64,000 nt of DNA, from the NCBI GenBank assembly GCA_964515005.1, contig CAZEVT010000002.1:28968-92967 (forward strand). Direction: 5' to 3'. Of this stretch, positions 29,494 to 38,583 are shown piece by piece. The DNA is from an uncultured Gammaproteobacteria bacterium. Lineage in GTDB: Bacteria; Patescibacteriota; Microgenomatia; UBA10105; UBA927. Position 1 is the stretch's first letter. Each line of letters opens with the position of its first letter. A program made the translations under genes and the position numbers. The notes below the pieces were generated by a model. That model did not search any database, was not told the DNA's origin, and saw only the letters and a list, made by a program, of their open reading frames with translations.

Positions 29494-30288
29494 ATGAAAA
29501 TCGATGGAAAAGGCATTGCGGACGCGATACTTAGCAATCTCACCCAAAAAGTGCTACAGCTCAAAGAATCGGGGATTGTTCCGACGCTTGCCGTAATTTT
29601 AGTGGGAGATGACCCGGAGTCGCTCGCGTACATCCGGCAGAAGCAAAAAGTCACCGAGCGGATTGGCGGCCGCTTTATCTTTGAACACCTTCCAAAAACA
29701 ACGACACAAAAAGAACTCACCGCGCGTGTTGCGATGTATAACCGAGATCCCGAAGCCCACGGACTTATTGTGCAACGCCCTTTACCGACTGGTTTGACTG
29801 CTTCGGTAGATTCCAAAAAAGATGTTGATGGATTTGTACCCAATTCGCCATTCCCGGTACCGATTGTTCAGGCAATATTTGAAATTTTGAAATATTGCGG
29901 GTGCGAGATACTACAAAAAAACGTGGTGATCATTGGCAGGGGAGAAACCGCAGGTAAACCGATAGCCGAGGCTTTCGCAAAACTAAAATGTACGGCGTCT
30001 ATCGTTCATTCCCAAACGCCAAATCCCAAAGAAATAATGAAAAAAGCGGATATCATTATTTCCTGTGTCGGCAAAGAAACAGTAGTGGCTGCCGATGCAA
30101 TCAAGCCCGGAGCTATCCTTATTTCCGTGGGACTTTGGCGGGGGACAGACAACAAACTGCACGGGGACTACAACGAAGAGGAAATACAAGATATCGCGTC
30201 CTACTACACACCGACTCCCGGCGGCGTCGGGCCTTTAAACATCGCTTGCCTCATGCAAAATCTTGTCAAAGCATGTACAATAAAATAA
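29494..30288 (+). CDS. folD: Methylenetetrahydrofolate dehydrogenase/cyclohydrolase
   Basis: YIRQKQKV, the Rossmann motif VVIIGRGETAGKP, and the PGGVGP loop. Confidence 0.85.
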   Translation: MKIDGKGIADAILSNLTQKVLQLKESGIVPTLAVILVGDDPESLAYIRQKQKVTERIGGRFIFEHLPKTTTQKELTARVAMYNRDPEAHGLIVQRPLPTGLTASVDSKKDVDGFVPNSPFPVPIVQAIFEILKYCGCEILQKNVVIIGRGETAGKPIAEAFAKLKCTASIVHSQTPNPKEIMKKADIIISCVGKETVVAADAIKPGAILISVGLWRGTDNKLHGDYNEEEIQDIASYYTPTPGGVGPLNIACLMQNLVKACTIK

Positions 30289-30300
30289 ACAGGAGGCAAT

Positions 30301-31032
30301 ATGGATAAAATCGGCGGCGCAGTTGTACTTTTCTTCATTGCACTTTTTGCCTATACCAAGCTCGTGGGCCCTATCCCTTTTTCTGTAACTAGCACAACGA
30401 CCACCACCGCAGACGTGTTTACCGTCACGGGAGAAGGAAAGGTATCAGCCGCCCCGGATATTGCGATCGTCAATGCCGGCGTGCAGGCACAGGGAGCAAC
30501 AGTCAAACTCGCCCAGGATCAACTCAATAAAGCAATCAACGCCGTTTCCGCAGCAGTCAAATCCGCTGGCGTTGATGCCAAAGACATCCAAACCAGCGGA
30601 TATAACGTCAACCCCAATTATGATTTTCAATCCGGAGGACAGCGAATCACCGGCTACCAAGCCTCCAGTAGTCTGACTATCAAAGTCCGGGATATCGAGA
30701 AGGCAAATGCGGTCATTGATGCCGCAACTGCCGCAGGGGCAAACCAGGTCGGAGGCATTTCCTTTGACATTGATGACAAAACCAAGGTCGAAAATGAGGC
30801 GCGCGAAAAAGCAGTAGCCGAGGCCAAAAAGAAGGCGGAAAATGCCGCCAAGATTGCAGGATTCAAGCTTGGGCGGATCATAAACTACAGCGAAAACTTC
30901 GGTGGCTCTCCGCGGCCGCTCCTGATGATGGAGGCCAAAGCGGTAGGCGCGCTGGACCAGGCGCCAACCCAGGTTGAGCCCGGAACCAATGAAATCGTGG
31001 TCAACGTTACCCTCGCCTTCGAAATCCGGTAA
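30301..31032 (+). CDS. SIMPL/DUF541-domain secreted protein
   Basis: Signal anchor, then TGYQASSSLTIKVRDIEKANAVIDAATAAGANQVGGISFDIDD, which is DUF541-like. Confidence 0.7.
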   Translation: MDKIGGAVVLFFIALFAYTKLVGPIPFSVTSTTTTTADVFTVTGEGKVSAAPDIAIVNAGVQAQGATVKLAQDQLNKAINAVSAAVKSAGVDAKDIQTSGYNVNPNYDFQSGGQRITGYQASSSLTIKVRDIEKANAVIDAATAAGANQVGGISFDIDDKTKVENEAREKAVAEAKKKAENAAKIAGFKLGRIINYSENFGGSPRPLLMMEAKAVGALDQAPTQVEPGTNEIVVNVTLAFEIR

Positions 31033-31100
31033 ACGGGTTTCTTGACCCGGAACGGGTTTCTTGACCCGGAACGGGTTTCTTGACCCGGAACGGGTTTCTT
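31032..31100. repeat. Tandem 19-bp direct repeat (3.6 copies); each unit is a 6-bp-stem hairpin containing TTGACC
   Basis: aacgggtttcttgacccgg occurs three times plus a partial copy. CCGGGT and ACCCGG are self-complementary around a TTCTTG loop. Confidence 0.8.
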
Positions 31101-31147
31101 ATAGGTCTTGATGCTCCCCCCGGAGGCGAGTAGAATAGCCCATACTC

Positions 31148-31756
31148 ATGGGCAGAAGTCACATTAAACCACTCCAGCAGCCAAACGGAACCACTTGCGG
31201 CCCGACGGCGTTAAAGCATGCGCTCAAAGTATTCGGGAAGCGTAAGTCTTTGGATGCGCTCATGGCCCTTTGTGGCACCAACAGAAACGGCACATCCACC
31301 AAAAACATGATCCGCGCAGCAACCAAGCTTGGGCTTTCGGTTTTGGTCGTTGAATACGCGACTCTCCATCATCTCCAGAGCGCACTCAAATACAACCCCA
31401 ATCAGGTACGAGCTGCCCTCGTTTCCTATCTTTACGATTTGGACAAACAGGATCGCCCGCATCCTGAAAGCGGCCACTGGGCAATGGTGTCTTCCTATAG
31501 ACCAAGTAAAAGCAGAATCGTTCTTTTGGACAGCGCCAGCGCCAAGAAAAAATCCTACGACTGGTCGGATTTCCGCGCGCGCTGGATGGATTATGACCTT
31601 AAAAGAAGGAAAATTTCCGGCCGCGGTAACCGCTTTAAACTCGTTCGCCGCTGGCAGCAGCAGCTCATGTGTGTGATTGCCGAGGACCCGTCTCATTTGC
31701 CGAAATTCAGGACAACGACGAGCCACCTCTTTACGCCTTCGCGGCTCTCCGCATAG
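31148..31756 (+). CDS. C39-like (papain-fold) cysteine peptidase domain protein
   Basis: QQPNGTTCGPTALKHALKVFG (Gln plus nucleophilic Cys) and a downstream ESGHWAMV His motif. The 3' end overlaps the convergent ddl. Confidence 0.4.
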   Translation: MGRSHIKPLQQPNGTTCGPTALKHALKVFGKRKSLDALMALCGTNRNGTSTKNMIRAATKLGLSVLVVEYATLHHLQSALKYNPNQVRAALVSYLYDLDKQDRPHPESGHWAMVSSYRPSKSRIVLLDSASAKKKSYDWSDFRARWMDYDLKRRKISGRGNRFKLVRRWQQQLMCVIAEDPSHLPKFRTTTSHLFTPSRLSA

Positions 31757-32726
31757 CGGAATCAACAATCAGAGAAACAAAATCGGCAAACGTCAGTCCG
31801 ACGGCGCGGTACGAAAGCGTCATGCCATACTCCACATCATCAGAGAGTCCCGGATTGCTATTTGCTTCAAGAATATACACTGTCCCACCCCGCATTCGTA
31901 CGTCCAGACGCATATAGTCTTGAAATGAAAGCTCGACAAATGCGCGAGTTGCGATATCAACAAGAGCCTCCGCAAGCTCCGGCGAAAGGACGGCCAAGGC
32001 CATATCGGACGACTGGTAATCCGCGGCAGATGCGTCCCAGCGGCTTTCGTAGGTCAGAAGTGCATCTGTCCCTTTCGTCTTGTAGACGACTTCGGCCGCA
32101 GGCAGCACCCATGGAGAGCCGTTTTTTTCAATGACCGTCACCTGAAACTCACGCCCGTCCAAAAATTCCTCAGCAATCATGGGCTCGCGAAGCGTCTCAA
32201 TCCGCTCTTTGATCCGGGCTGTCAGTTCCTCTTTGTTTTTTACCACTGCATCATGGGTTAAGCCCACGCTGCTGTGCTCAAGCGGGGGCTTGACGATGAC
32301 TGGATATACAAAATCATCGCGAATATCCTCATCTCCTGTCGTAAATTCCTGCCAAAGGGCAATCGGCAACCCCCGAAGGTCAAGCGCTTTTTTCATGCTG
32401 CGCTTGTCTGAAGTTTCCATAAAATTTTCCCGCGTGGCACCGGTCACCGGAATGCCGATTTTTCCCATGGCCGTAAGGGCGCGGTCCGAAAGGGGTAAAT
32501 CCGGACCGGTCCATTCGATAATGTTGAAGATGCAATCGGCCTGAATATTTTCAATCGTCGGCGCGATTTTGTCCTCGGCAACAGGAACGAGAGTCACCGT
32601 GTGACCATGAGACTCTAGGGCGTTTTGCACTTCGCGGGCTGATTCGGCGGTATCATCCTCCGACTCCATATATTTGGTGCCTGAAGCTCTCTTGGTTGGC
32701 AGATTATAGACGACAGCGACGTTCAT
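31731..32726 (-). CDS. ddl: D-alanine--D-alanine ligase (ATP-grasp)
   Basis: ATP-grasp motifs and a C-terminal MRLDVRM...VYILEANSNPGLS, which is Ddl-like. Confidence 0.7.
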   Translation of the reverse strand: MNVAVVYNLPTKRASGTKYMESEDDTAESAREVQNALESHGHTVTLVPVAEDKIAPTIENIQADCIFNIIEWTGPDLPLSDRALTAMGKIGIPVTGATRENFMETSDKRSMKKALDLRGLPIALWQEFTTGDEDIRDDFVYPVIVKPPLEHSSVGLTHDAVVKNKEELTARIKERIETLREPMIAEEFLDGREFQVTVIEKNGSPWVLPAAEVVYKTKGTDALLTYESRWDASAADYQSSDMALAVLSPELAEALVDIATRAFVELSFQDYMRLDVRMRGGTVYILEANSNPGLSDDVEYGMTLSYRAVGLTFADFVSLIVDSAMRRAAKA

Positions 32727-33670
32727 TTTTTGTGGTGGTATTTGGCGTGAATTTCCTTCAGCTGGGGATTGGTAATATGGGTATAAATCTGCGTGGTTGA
32801 GACGTTTTTGTACCCCAGCATCTCCTGGATTGCCCGAAGGTCCGCGCCACCTGAAAGGAGGTCGGTGGCGAAGCTATGCCGCAGGCCATGGGGCGTAATT
32901 TTTATAGGCAAACGCGCTTTCTTGGCATATTTCTCAACCAATCGCTGGACGCTTCTGGGGGTGAGGCGAAACGATTCACCGTTTTTGTCATCCGCGTCTG
33001 GCTTGCGGCCGGCATAGCGGATAAACATGGCAACCGAGGTATCATCGCGATTTTTGAGATACCGCTCAATCCAGGTAACGGCGCTGTCTGATAAAAAGAC
33101 CACCCGGGCGCGCCTGCCTTTCCCTATAACGCCAAATTCTTTCCGCTCAAAATTAATCTGATCGCGGTTTAATTTCGTCAACTCCGACACGCGAAGGCCG
33201 GTTGAGAAAAGCATCTCCAATATCGCTTTATCCCGAAGTCCCTCGGGGCGGCTTATCTCCGGCATGTTGAGGAGCCGGTCTATCTGTTCGCGCTCCAGAA
33301 ATTTAATCGACCGGCTTTCTGCCTTCGGCAGATCAATTTTTTCCGGTGCAATCACTGCTATGTCCCGCTTGAGAAGATATTTAAGAAAGCTTCGGAGCGC
33401 AATAAGATGGTAATTCTGGGTCACGCGCTTCAGGCTGATTCCTTGCGGGTCAACGTACCGCGAAAGAAAGAGCCGGTATTCGCGTATAGATTCTGCTGTA
33501 ATATCTTTTGGAGATTTCACACCTTTCACGGCAGGGGAGGGGGGGGAGCCCGACAGGAAGCCCAAAAATCGATGCAAATAGTGTTCGTAGTTCCTGATGG
33601 TCAGTTGCGAAACATTTCGTTCAATTTCAAGGTATTCTAAGAACTCTTTTAAAAGTGTATTCAGGTCCAT
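32723..33670 (-). CDS. xerC: Tyrosine recombinase XerC/XerD-like
   Basis: Catalytic region HGLRHSFATDLL...LGYKNVSTTQIYTHI with the catalytic Tyr. N-terminal core-binding domain present. Confidence 0.8.
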   Translation of the reverse strand: MDLNTLLKEFLEYLEIERNVSQLTIRNYEHYLHRFLGFLSGSPPSPAVKGVKSPKDITAESIREYRLFLSRYVDPQGISLKRVTQNYHLIALRSFLKYLLKRDIAVIAPEKIDLPKAESRSIKFLEREQIDRLLNMPEISRPEGLRDKAILEMLFSTGLRVSELTKLNRDQINFERKEFGVIGKGRRARVVFLSDSAVTWIERYLKNRDDTSVAMFIRYAGRKPDADDKNGESFRLTPRSVQRLVEKYAKKARLPIKITPHGLRHSFATDLLSGGADLRAIQEMLGYKNVSTTQIYTHITNPQLKEIHAKYHHKK

Positions 33671-33681
33671 AATCTAAGAAT

Positions 33682-34650
33682 GTGCGACATCCCATGAAAA
33701 GTCAAGTATCTGCTATACTTAACTCCATGAAGCTCGGCATCAAGGTGGCCCCAGGGAACGCGTGGAAACGCGATATTGAATCCACCCACCCGTCCATGGT
33801 CGAAATTTGGTATAACGCAAGTAAACCAGCCCTCTATGACGAGCTATTTGCGCATCTTGCCGGAAAACCCATCGACGTCAGTTTGCACTATTGGGGCGCC
33901 CTTCCAAGCAATTTGTTAACGAACATCTCATTCCCGGACCCACAGATTTCAAAGCCGTCTCTTGCGCTTATGCACGGGACAATCGATGTAGCCTCCCAGC
34001 ACGGCTGCGCATACGTCAATGTCCACCCGGATTTATATTCCTTGCTCCACGTCAACTTTGATACCCTGGACATCCGCGTCGCATCAGAACCTTCTGATTT
34101 CGCATTGGCGCGTAAGACCTACATAAGTGAAATACAAAAGCTTGACGCGTACGCCAAATCAAAAAGCGTTCTTTTGACGGTTGAGACGGTCCCAATGCGA
34201 GATTCGCTGACCTGGAGTCCCGACCGCGACCGAACCCGGGTCATAGACATCCACCAGATGCCGATTGACGTTCAGATTGATCTGGCGGCCCAAGGGATAT
34301 CCATTGCCAACGACTTCTGTCACACCGCCTGCAACCTAATCTCCGAAGACCGTGCGAAGATTTGGGAATTCCTTAAACGAACAACGGAGACTCTGGCGCC
34401 TCAAACCCGCCTTATCCATCTTGGATATCTCGTCCCGCCGTATAACGGCATGGATTTCCATGACTCCTTGGATAATCCGGTTTTGGATACCGATCGCGCA
34501 ATTCCAAACACCAATGAAATGATTGAACTATTAAAACTATTTGGCAATCGCGATGATGTCTGGGTACTGGTTGAACCAAAAGAAGACCACATGAAAAATT
34601 ATGTTTTGGCAAGGGGAATCCTTCAAAAAGCCCGCGTTTTGACCAAATAA
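33682..34650 (+). CDS. Hypothetical protein (possibly TIM-barrel sugar-phosphate isomerase/epimerase-like)
   Basis: 322 aa with alternating beta-strand and helix hydrophobic pattern (VEIWYNA, VSLHYWG, VNVHP, LLTVETVP, IHLGYL). Weak resemblance only. Confidence 0.3.
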   Translation: MRHPMKSQVSAILNSMKLGIKVAPGNAWKRDIESTHPSMVEIWYNASKPALYDELFAHLAGKPIDVSLHYWGALPSNLLTNISFPDPQISKPSLALMHGTIDVASQHGCAYVNVHPDLYSLLHVNFDTLDIRVASEPSDFALARKTYISEIQKLDAYAKSKSVLLTVETVPMRDSLTWSPDRDRTRVIDIHQMPIDVQIDLAAQGISIANDFCHTACNLISEDRAKIWEFLKRTTETLAPQTRLIHLGYLVPPYNGMDFHDSLDNPVLDTDRAIPNTNEMIELLKLFGNRDDVWVLVEPKEDHMKNYVLARGILQKARVLTK

Positions 34651-34741
34651 CATTACCCACAACTTAGCCTCGGATGGGAGCCCCTGTATTGACCTAGGAC
34701 GGCTTACATATTTTTAGATGATACTTTGGTCGTCTGGAAAA

Positions 34742-35278
34742 CTACTTACGATGAAATCTTTGGAAAGTATCCCGCGAAAATCGAAGTTTTTCCTCCTGCC
34801 ATGAGTTGTATCCGGTGCCGCGCAAAAACATGTGAAGCATTAAATTTTTCTCCTCGTAAAATGGATATGGAACATTGCCAATCCAAATAACACGGTCGTC
34901 ATTGAGAAAAATTCTTACACACGAAGGATCCGTTGTGCCGCATTCTATGATGAAACGCCCATCCCGTGTGCGGATATCAGGATGTAATCCATCAAACTCA
35001 GATTCAAAAAGAACGTAGGATTGTCCTTGGTGTATCAACCACCGTTTTCCAAGCTTTTTGAGCGCCATATGGCCTTTTTCCTGCGGTCCTAAGCCTTCGG
35101 TGACAGCGATCGTATCCTGAATCTCGTGATAGGCTTCGACCGAAGCGATTACGGATTTTTCATAACGTACTGCGCCGTTGTCTATGGCAATCGCAAGCTC
35201 ATCAAGCACATCCCACGACGTGGCCGCCGGAAATCCGGAATAAAAAATATTTTTGAGTTCTTCGGAAGTCGGATTCAT
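34742..35278 (-). CDS. Hypothetical protein
   Basis: 178 aa, no recognisable motifs. Overlaps the stop of the downstream integrase by 4 nt. Confidence 0.35.
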   Translation of the reverse strand: MNPTSEELKNIFYSGFPAATSWDVLDELAIAIDNGAVRYEKSVIASVEAYHEIQDTIAVTEGLGPQEKGHMALKKLGKRWLIHQGQSYVLFESEFDGLHPDIRTRDGRFIIECGTTDPSCVRIFLNDDRVIWIGNVPYPFYEEKNLMLHMFLRGTGYNSWQEEKLRFSRDTFQRFHRK

Positions 35279-36291
35279 CGCACATCCTTTAGCGGGTGGA
35301 ACTTATGATGCGTTTCCTCTGCATATTGGTCTGATGTATGGACATATCGCGTCGTCGTATCCAGCGATTCATGACCCAAAAGAATCTGAATCGCCGCGGG
35401 ATTGGCGCCTCCTTCCGCCAAATACGTCGCAAATCCATGGCGCAATGTATGGGCGCTTATAGGTATATTGATATGGAGGTCCTGCCGGTATTTTTTGATG
35501 CGCTCCTGTAAATAGTTTGTTGATATGTGCTGTTTTATTGACGATAACCCGCGACCCCTGTACGGGATAAACAATGCAGGAATATGATCATGTCGAATGC
35601 GTATATATGCGCTCAGATGGTATTTGGCGCGTTCAGTTAGATACACAAAGCGTTCTTTTTTTCCTTTGCCCAAAATAAAAATTCTTCCCGTATCATCGAT
35701 CTGATCGCGTTTCAGATTGACAAGCTCGGAAATACGCATACCCGTCGCGATTAACAGTTCAAGCATGGCACGATTTCGCAGTCCCGCCCGCGAATCCTTT
35801 TCTAACCGACTCGGCGCTTCGATAATTCGTACTAATTCTTTGAGTTCTGCAATTTTCGGATGCGTGCGAATCGTTTTAACCAATTTGACCGCCTCAGGCG
35901 CCACCGGTACCTGAAAATCCATATCTATAAGGTACTTCAAATACGTTCGGACCACCGAAAGCATACGGTTCACGCTTGTAGATGCTAGCTCTTCGGAGTG
36001 CTTAAGCCGTTCTAGGGGCGTTACACGGTCTTGCGATACAAGATATGCTTTGTAATATGCAAGTTTTTTTTTGTCTAGCTGATCGAAAGGAAATCGGGAT
36101 TCAGATAAAAATTGCGCGAAGGTTAGCAGGTCGCGTTCATAGTTATAAACCGTTTCCTGTGAATACCGATTGGTTTGAAGAAAGAGGAGAAAGTCATCGA
36201 ATAATGGTAAGGAGGCTGAAACATCGATGGAACGAGATGAACCCGTCAGGGGAGTTGGAGAAATTGGTTCAGGCTTGTTAGTCGTGTTCAT
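35275..36291 (-). CDS. Tyrosine recombinase / phage-type integrase (second copy)
   Basis: HTLRHGFATYLAEGG...LLGHESLDTTTRYVHT with the R..HxxR..Y catalytic residues. About 25% of positions appear to match the first recombinase. Confidence 0.8.
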   Translation of the reverse strand: MNTTNKPEPISPTPLTGSSRSIDVSASLPLFDDFLLFLQTNRYSQETVYNYERDLLTFAQFLSESRFPFDQLDKKKLAYYKAYLVSQDRVTPLERLKHSEELASTSVNRMLSVVRTYLKYLIDMDFQVPVAPEAVKLVKTIRTHPKIAELKELVRIIEAPSRLEKDSRAGLRNRAMLELLIATGMRISELVNLKRDQIDDTGRIFILGKGKKERFVYLTERAKYHLSAYIRIRHDHIPALFIPYRGRGLSSIKQHISTNYLQERIKKYRQDLHINIPISAHTLRHGFATYLAEGGANPAAIQILLGHESLDTTTRYVHTSDQYAEETHHKFHPLKDVR

Positions 36292-36589
36292 ATCGAGTAT
36301 AAGGGATATTATACTCGATATTATATGAGACTATACCTGCTTGTCAATGCTCAACTACACCTCTACACAGCGATTAAAAATTAAGAGTGGCCCAAAAGAG
36401 AGGAAAACAGCCTCGGATAGCCACTCCCCGAGAATAGCGTGTTTTTCCGTTATATGTTATGTAGACGGTAAAGCGGGGCAAAACGAGGACAACGCTTACC
36501 CCCAAGACTCTTATCCTCTGCCGTCCTGGAAGACGTCGCATTTAGAGCATATCAATGCTCCAAACCATGAAAACTAGCCTCATCAGCAC

Positions 36590-36900
36590 TCTGCTTCATG
36601 GAGTAATAAAACGGCCTTTCGGGTTTCTTTAGCGCCTTGTTATGGTCCAAACCTCTATTTTCGACCTGCCCGCAACGCTTCGCGTAGCGAGGCGGGCGGG
36701 GGCTTTAGCGCGTACAAACAATCCAAACCACTAAAAATACGCACACATTGTGTACTCAAGCGAGTGGACCAGTGGCCCACGAGCGCAGGGGTGCACCGAG
36801 CTCCGCTCTGGTGCGCCCCAAGGGTGTGAAATGAGCCTAAGCGATTCCGTGAAAGAAATTATCCACACTGTTATAGGCTTATAAGACTTAAATGCATCAA
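36590..36900. other. GC-rich, highly structured non-coding region (candidate ncRNA or gene remnant)
   Basis: 670-bp gap without a convincing ORF. Contains long dyads such as cctgcccgc...gcgggcggg and ggtgcaccgagctccgctctggtgcgcc. Not matched to tmRNA, RNase P or SRP RNA by eye. Confidence 0.2.
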
Positions 36901-36958
36901 ACTATATCACCCTCTCCTACCTATTCACCCTACCCCACTCCTCTTCCCCGCCTCTACC

Positions 36959-37846
36959 TCACATATTTCCGCGCCAGTGCGTTGCGAGCATGGTAATTGC
37001 AAATACAATTGCAGACACCGAAACAAATTCAATGACTGTTTTTTTATAGAGCTTTTCCACCAGGTACTGCTGGCCCATGCCGACGGCGCTATAGAAAGAC
37101 GTCGTAAAAAGAAGCGCCTGCAGGGTCGTTTTGGTCGGCAAAAAGGAAAACACCCACGCAAGCTCAACTAAAAGAAGCGTAATTGCGATACTAATGCGGC
37201 GCGTGCGGACGGTCACGATAGGAGTAAGCTCCACCGCCCAGAGGGACTGGAATGCCAGGAAAAAACTCATCGCGCCAATGGCGAGAGTCGAAACGAGTGG
37301 ATTAAAGCGAAACGCAAGAATCGTCTGCGCGAGTAAAAAATACGTAACGAGCGTCAACAAAAACCCGACGGAATGGGCCGCGCGAAGAAGTGCAATCGTC
37401 CGGTCCGCCGCCACGTTATATATGTTTTCGGTAAGAATGAGGGCATACATGCCCACGCCGTAGAGGGCCGCGACCGGCAGTCTCGTGAGCCACCGGACCG
37501 GCAGAAGAAAATAAAAAAGCGCGACGGCTGCGGTAAACAGGGTCGGCAACGTCAGAAGGGTCACCCACTCTGCGCCGTGCAAATCCTCCCGAAGGACAAC
37601 CGCCGAGAGTCCGTAGGCAACCAGAGACAAGAAAAAGACCAGTGGATACCGAAGTTCCTGCGACACCAGCTGGGTCAAAAGAAGCCCAATGGTCAGGATA
37701 ATCGTCACGGCGACAAATTGTTGACGCTTCGTGAAGGTCACTCGCCTATCCCAGCGGATAAGCCTTTTTTTGATATTCCCGAACATACCGCTTATTGTAC
37801 GCCGTACTTCCTCCCTTGACAATTCTTGCCAATCCACTACACTCAT
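36959..37846 (-). CDS. Polytopic membrane protein of unknown function
   Basis: At least 8 hydrophobic helices in 295 aa. Confidence 0.45.
   Translation of the reverse strand: MSVVDWQELSREEVRRTISGMFGNIKKRLIRWDRRVTFTKRQQFVAVTIILTIGLLLTQLVSQELRYPLVFFLSLVAYGLSAVVLREDLHGAEWVTLLTLPTLFTAAVALFYFLLPVRWLTRLPVAALYGVGMYALILTENIYNVAADRTIALLRAAHSVGFLLTLVTYFLLAQTILAFRFNPLVSTLAIGAMSFFLAFQSLWAVELTPIVTVRTRRISIAITLLLVELAWVFSFLPTKTTLQALLFTTSFYSAVGMGQQYLVEKLYKKTVIEFVSVSAIVFAITMLATHWRGNM
37816..37843 (+). promoter_or_regulatory. Candidate sigma70 promoter giving a near-leaderless transcript
   Basis: TTGACA, a 16-nt spacer, then TACACT. The -10 element ends about 8 nt before the ATG at 37852. Confidence 0.3.
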
Positions 37847-37851
37847 GCCTT

Positions 37852-38583
37852 ATGACGTCCACAGTTTTTGCGGCCGATGATGCCATCGCCGCCGCACTTG
37901 TCCAGGACTGGAAGAAGGCAATCAGCATCAATTCCGCGATCCTGAAATCCAACAAAACCGACATTGACGCCATGTGCAGGCTTGGATTTGCTTACCTCAA
38001 AAACGGTCAATTTACCTCCGCCCGCCGCATGTATCAAACCGTTTTGACCTTTGACCAGTACAATCAGATTGCCACCAAAAATCTCAAGAAACTAAGCTCA
38101 ATCAAGAAAAAAGACGTCATAGAAAACCCCGGGTCGATCATGTCCCCGATGATTTTTCTGGAAGAACCGGGAAAAACGAAAATCATCGAGTGTGTACACA
38201 TCGGACCGTCTCATGTGTTGTCCACTCTCTCTGCCGGTCAGGAAGTCGCACTGAAGGTTAAAAATCACACCGTGGAAGTGCGGAGCCCCAATCAGATATA
38301 TCTGGCAGCGCTTCCCGATGATATGTCATATAAACTCAACAAAATGATTGCCGGCGGCAACACCTACCAGGTCATTGTCAAAAGCGTCGACAAGAAGTCC
38401 CTTCGCGTCCTTGTCCGGGAACTGACGCGGGGCAAACGGTTTGCCAAACAGCCGTCATTTACTTCAACAACCAGCTACGTCTCGTTTGCCAAGGGCGGCG
38501 GTCGTGAGTCGCTCGACATGACCCCAACGGGCGAAGACGAAGGCGATGAAGCCGCGCCTAGTGAAGAGGCTGAAACCGTTTAA
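37852..38583 (+). CDS. Hypothetical protein with a TPR-like N-terminus and an acidic C-terminus
   Basis: Start reassigned to MTSTVFAADD; the track ORF 37795 start precedes the promoter. Helical repeat region ahead of a beta-rich domain. Confidence 0.45.
   Translation: MTSTVFAADDAIAAALVQDWKKAISINSAILKSNKTDIDAMCRLGFAYLKNGQFTSARRMYQTVLTFDQYNQIATKNLKKLSSIKKKDVIENPGSIMSPMIFLEEPGKTKIIECVHIGPSHVLSTLSAGQEVALKVKNHTVEVRSPNQIYLAALPDDMSYKLNKMIAGGNTYQVIVKSVDKKSLRVLVRELTRGKRFAKQPSFTSTTSYVSFAKGGGRESLDMTPTGEDEGDEAAPSEEAETV

Noticed and set aside
31032-31100. Considered a CRISPR array for the tandem repeat
   Set aside because: The units are contiguous with no spacers, only 19 bp long, and no cas genes are nearby.
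36341-36577. 78-aa ORF in the gap between the second integrase and the membrane protein
   Set aside because: It starts with TTG and has no RBS. The sequence is compositionally odd, and the region is better explained as non-coding or structured.
36590-36900. Considered tmRNA, RNase P RNA or SRP RNA for the GC-rich structured gap
   Set aside because: tmRNA was excluded: no tRNA-like 3' end (GGTTCGAntCC) and no tag ORF ending in ALAA. RNase P was excluded: neither the P4 motif GGAAAGUCCGGGCUCC nor its complementary strand ACAGAAcccGGCUUA is present. SRP RNA was excluded: no GGAAGCAGCC helix-8 motif. It is kept only as an unassigned structured region.
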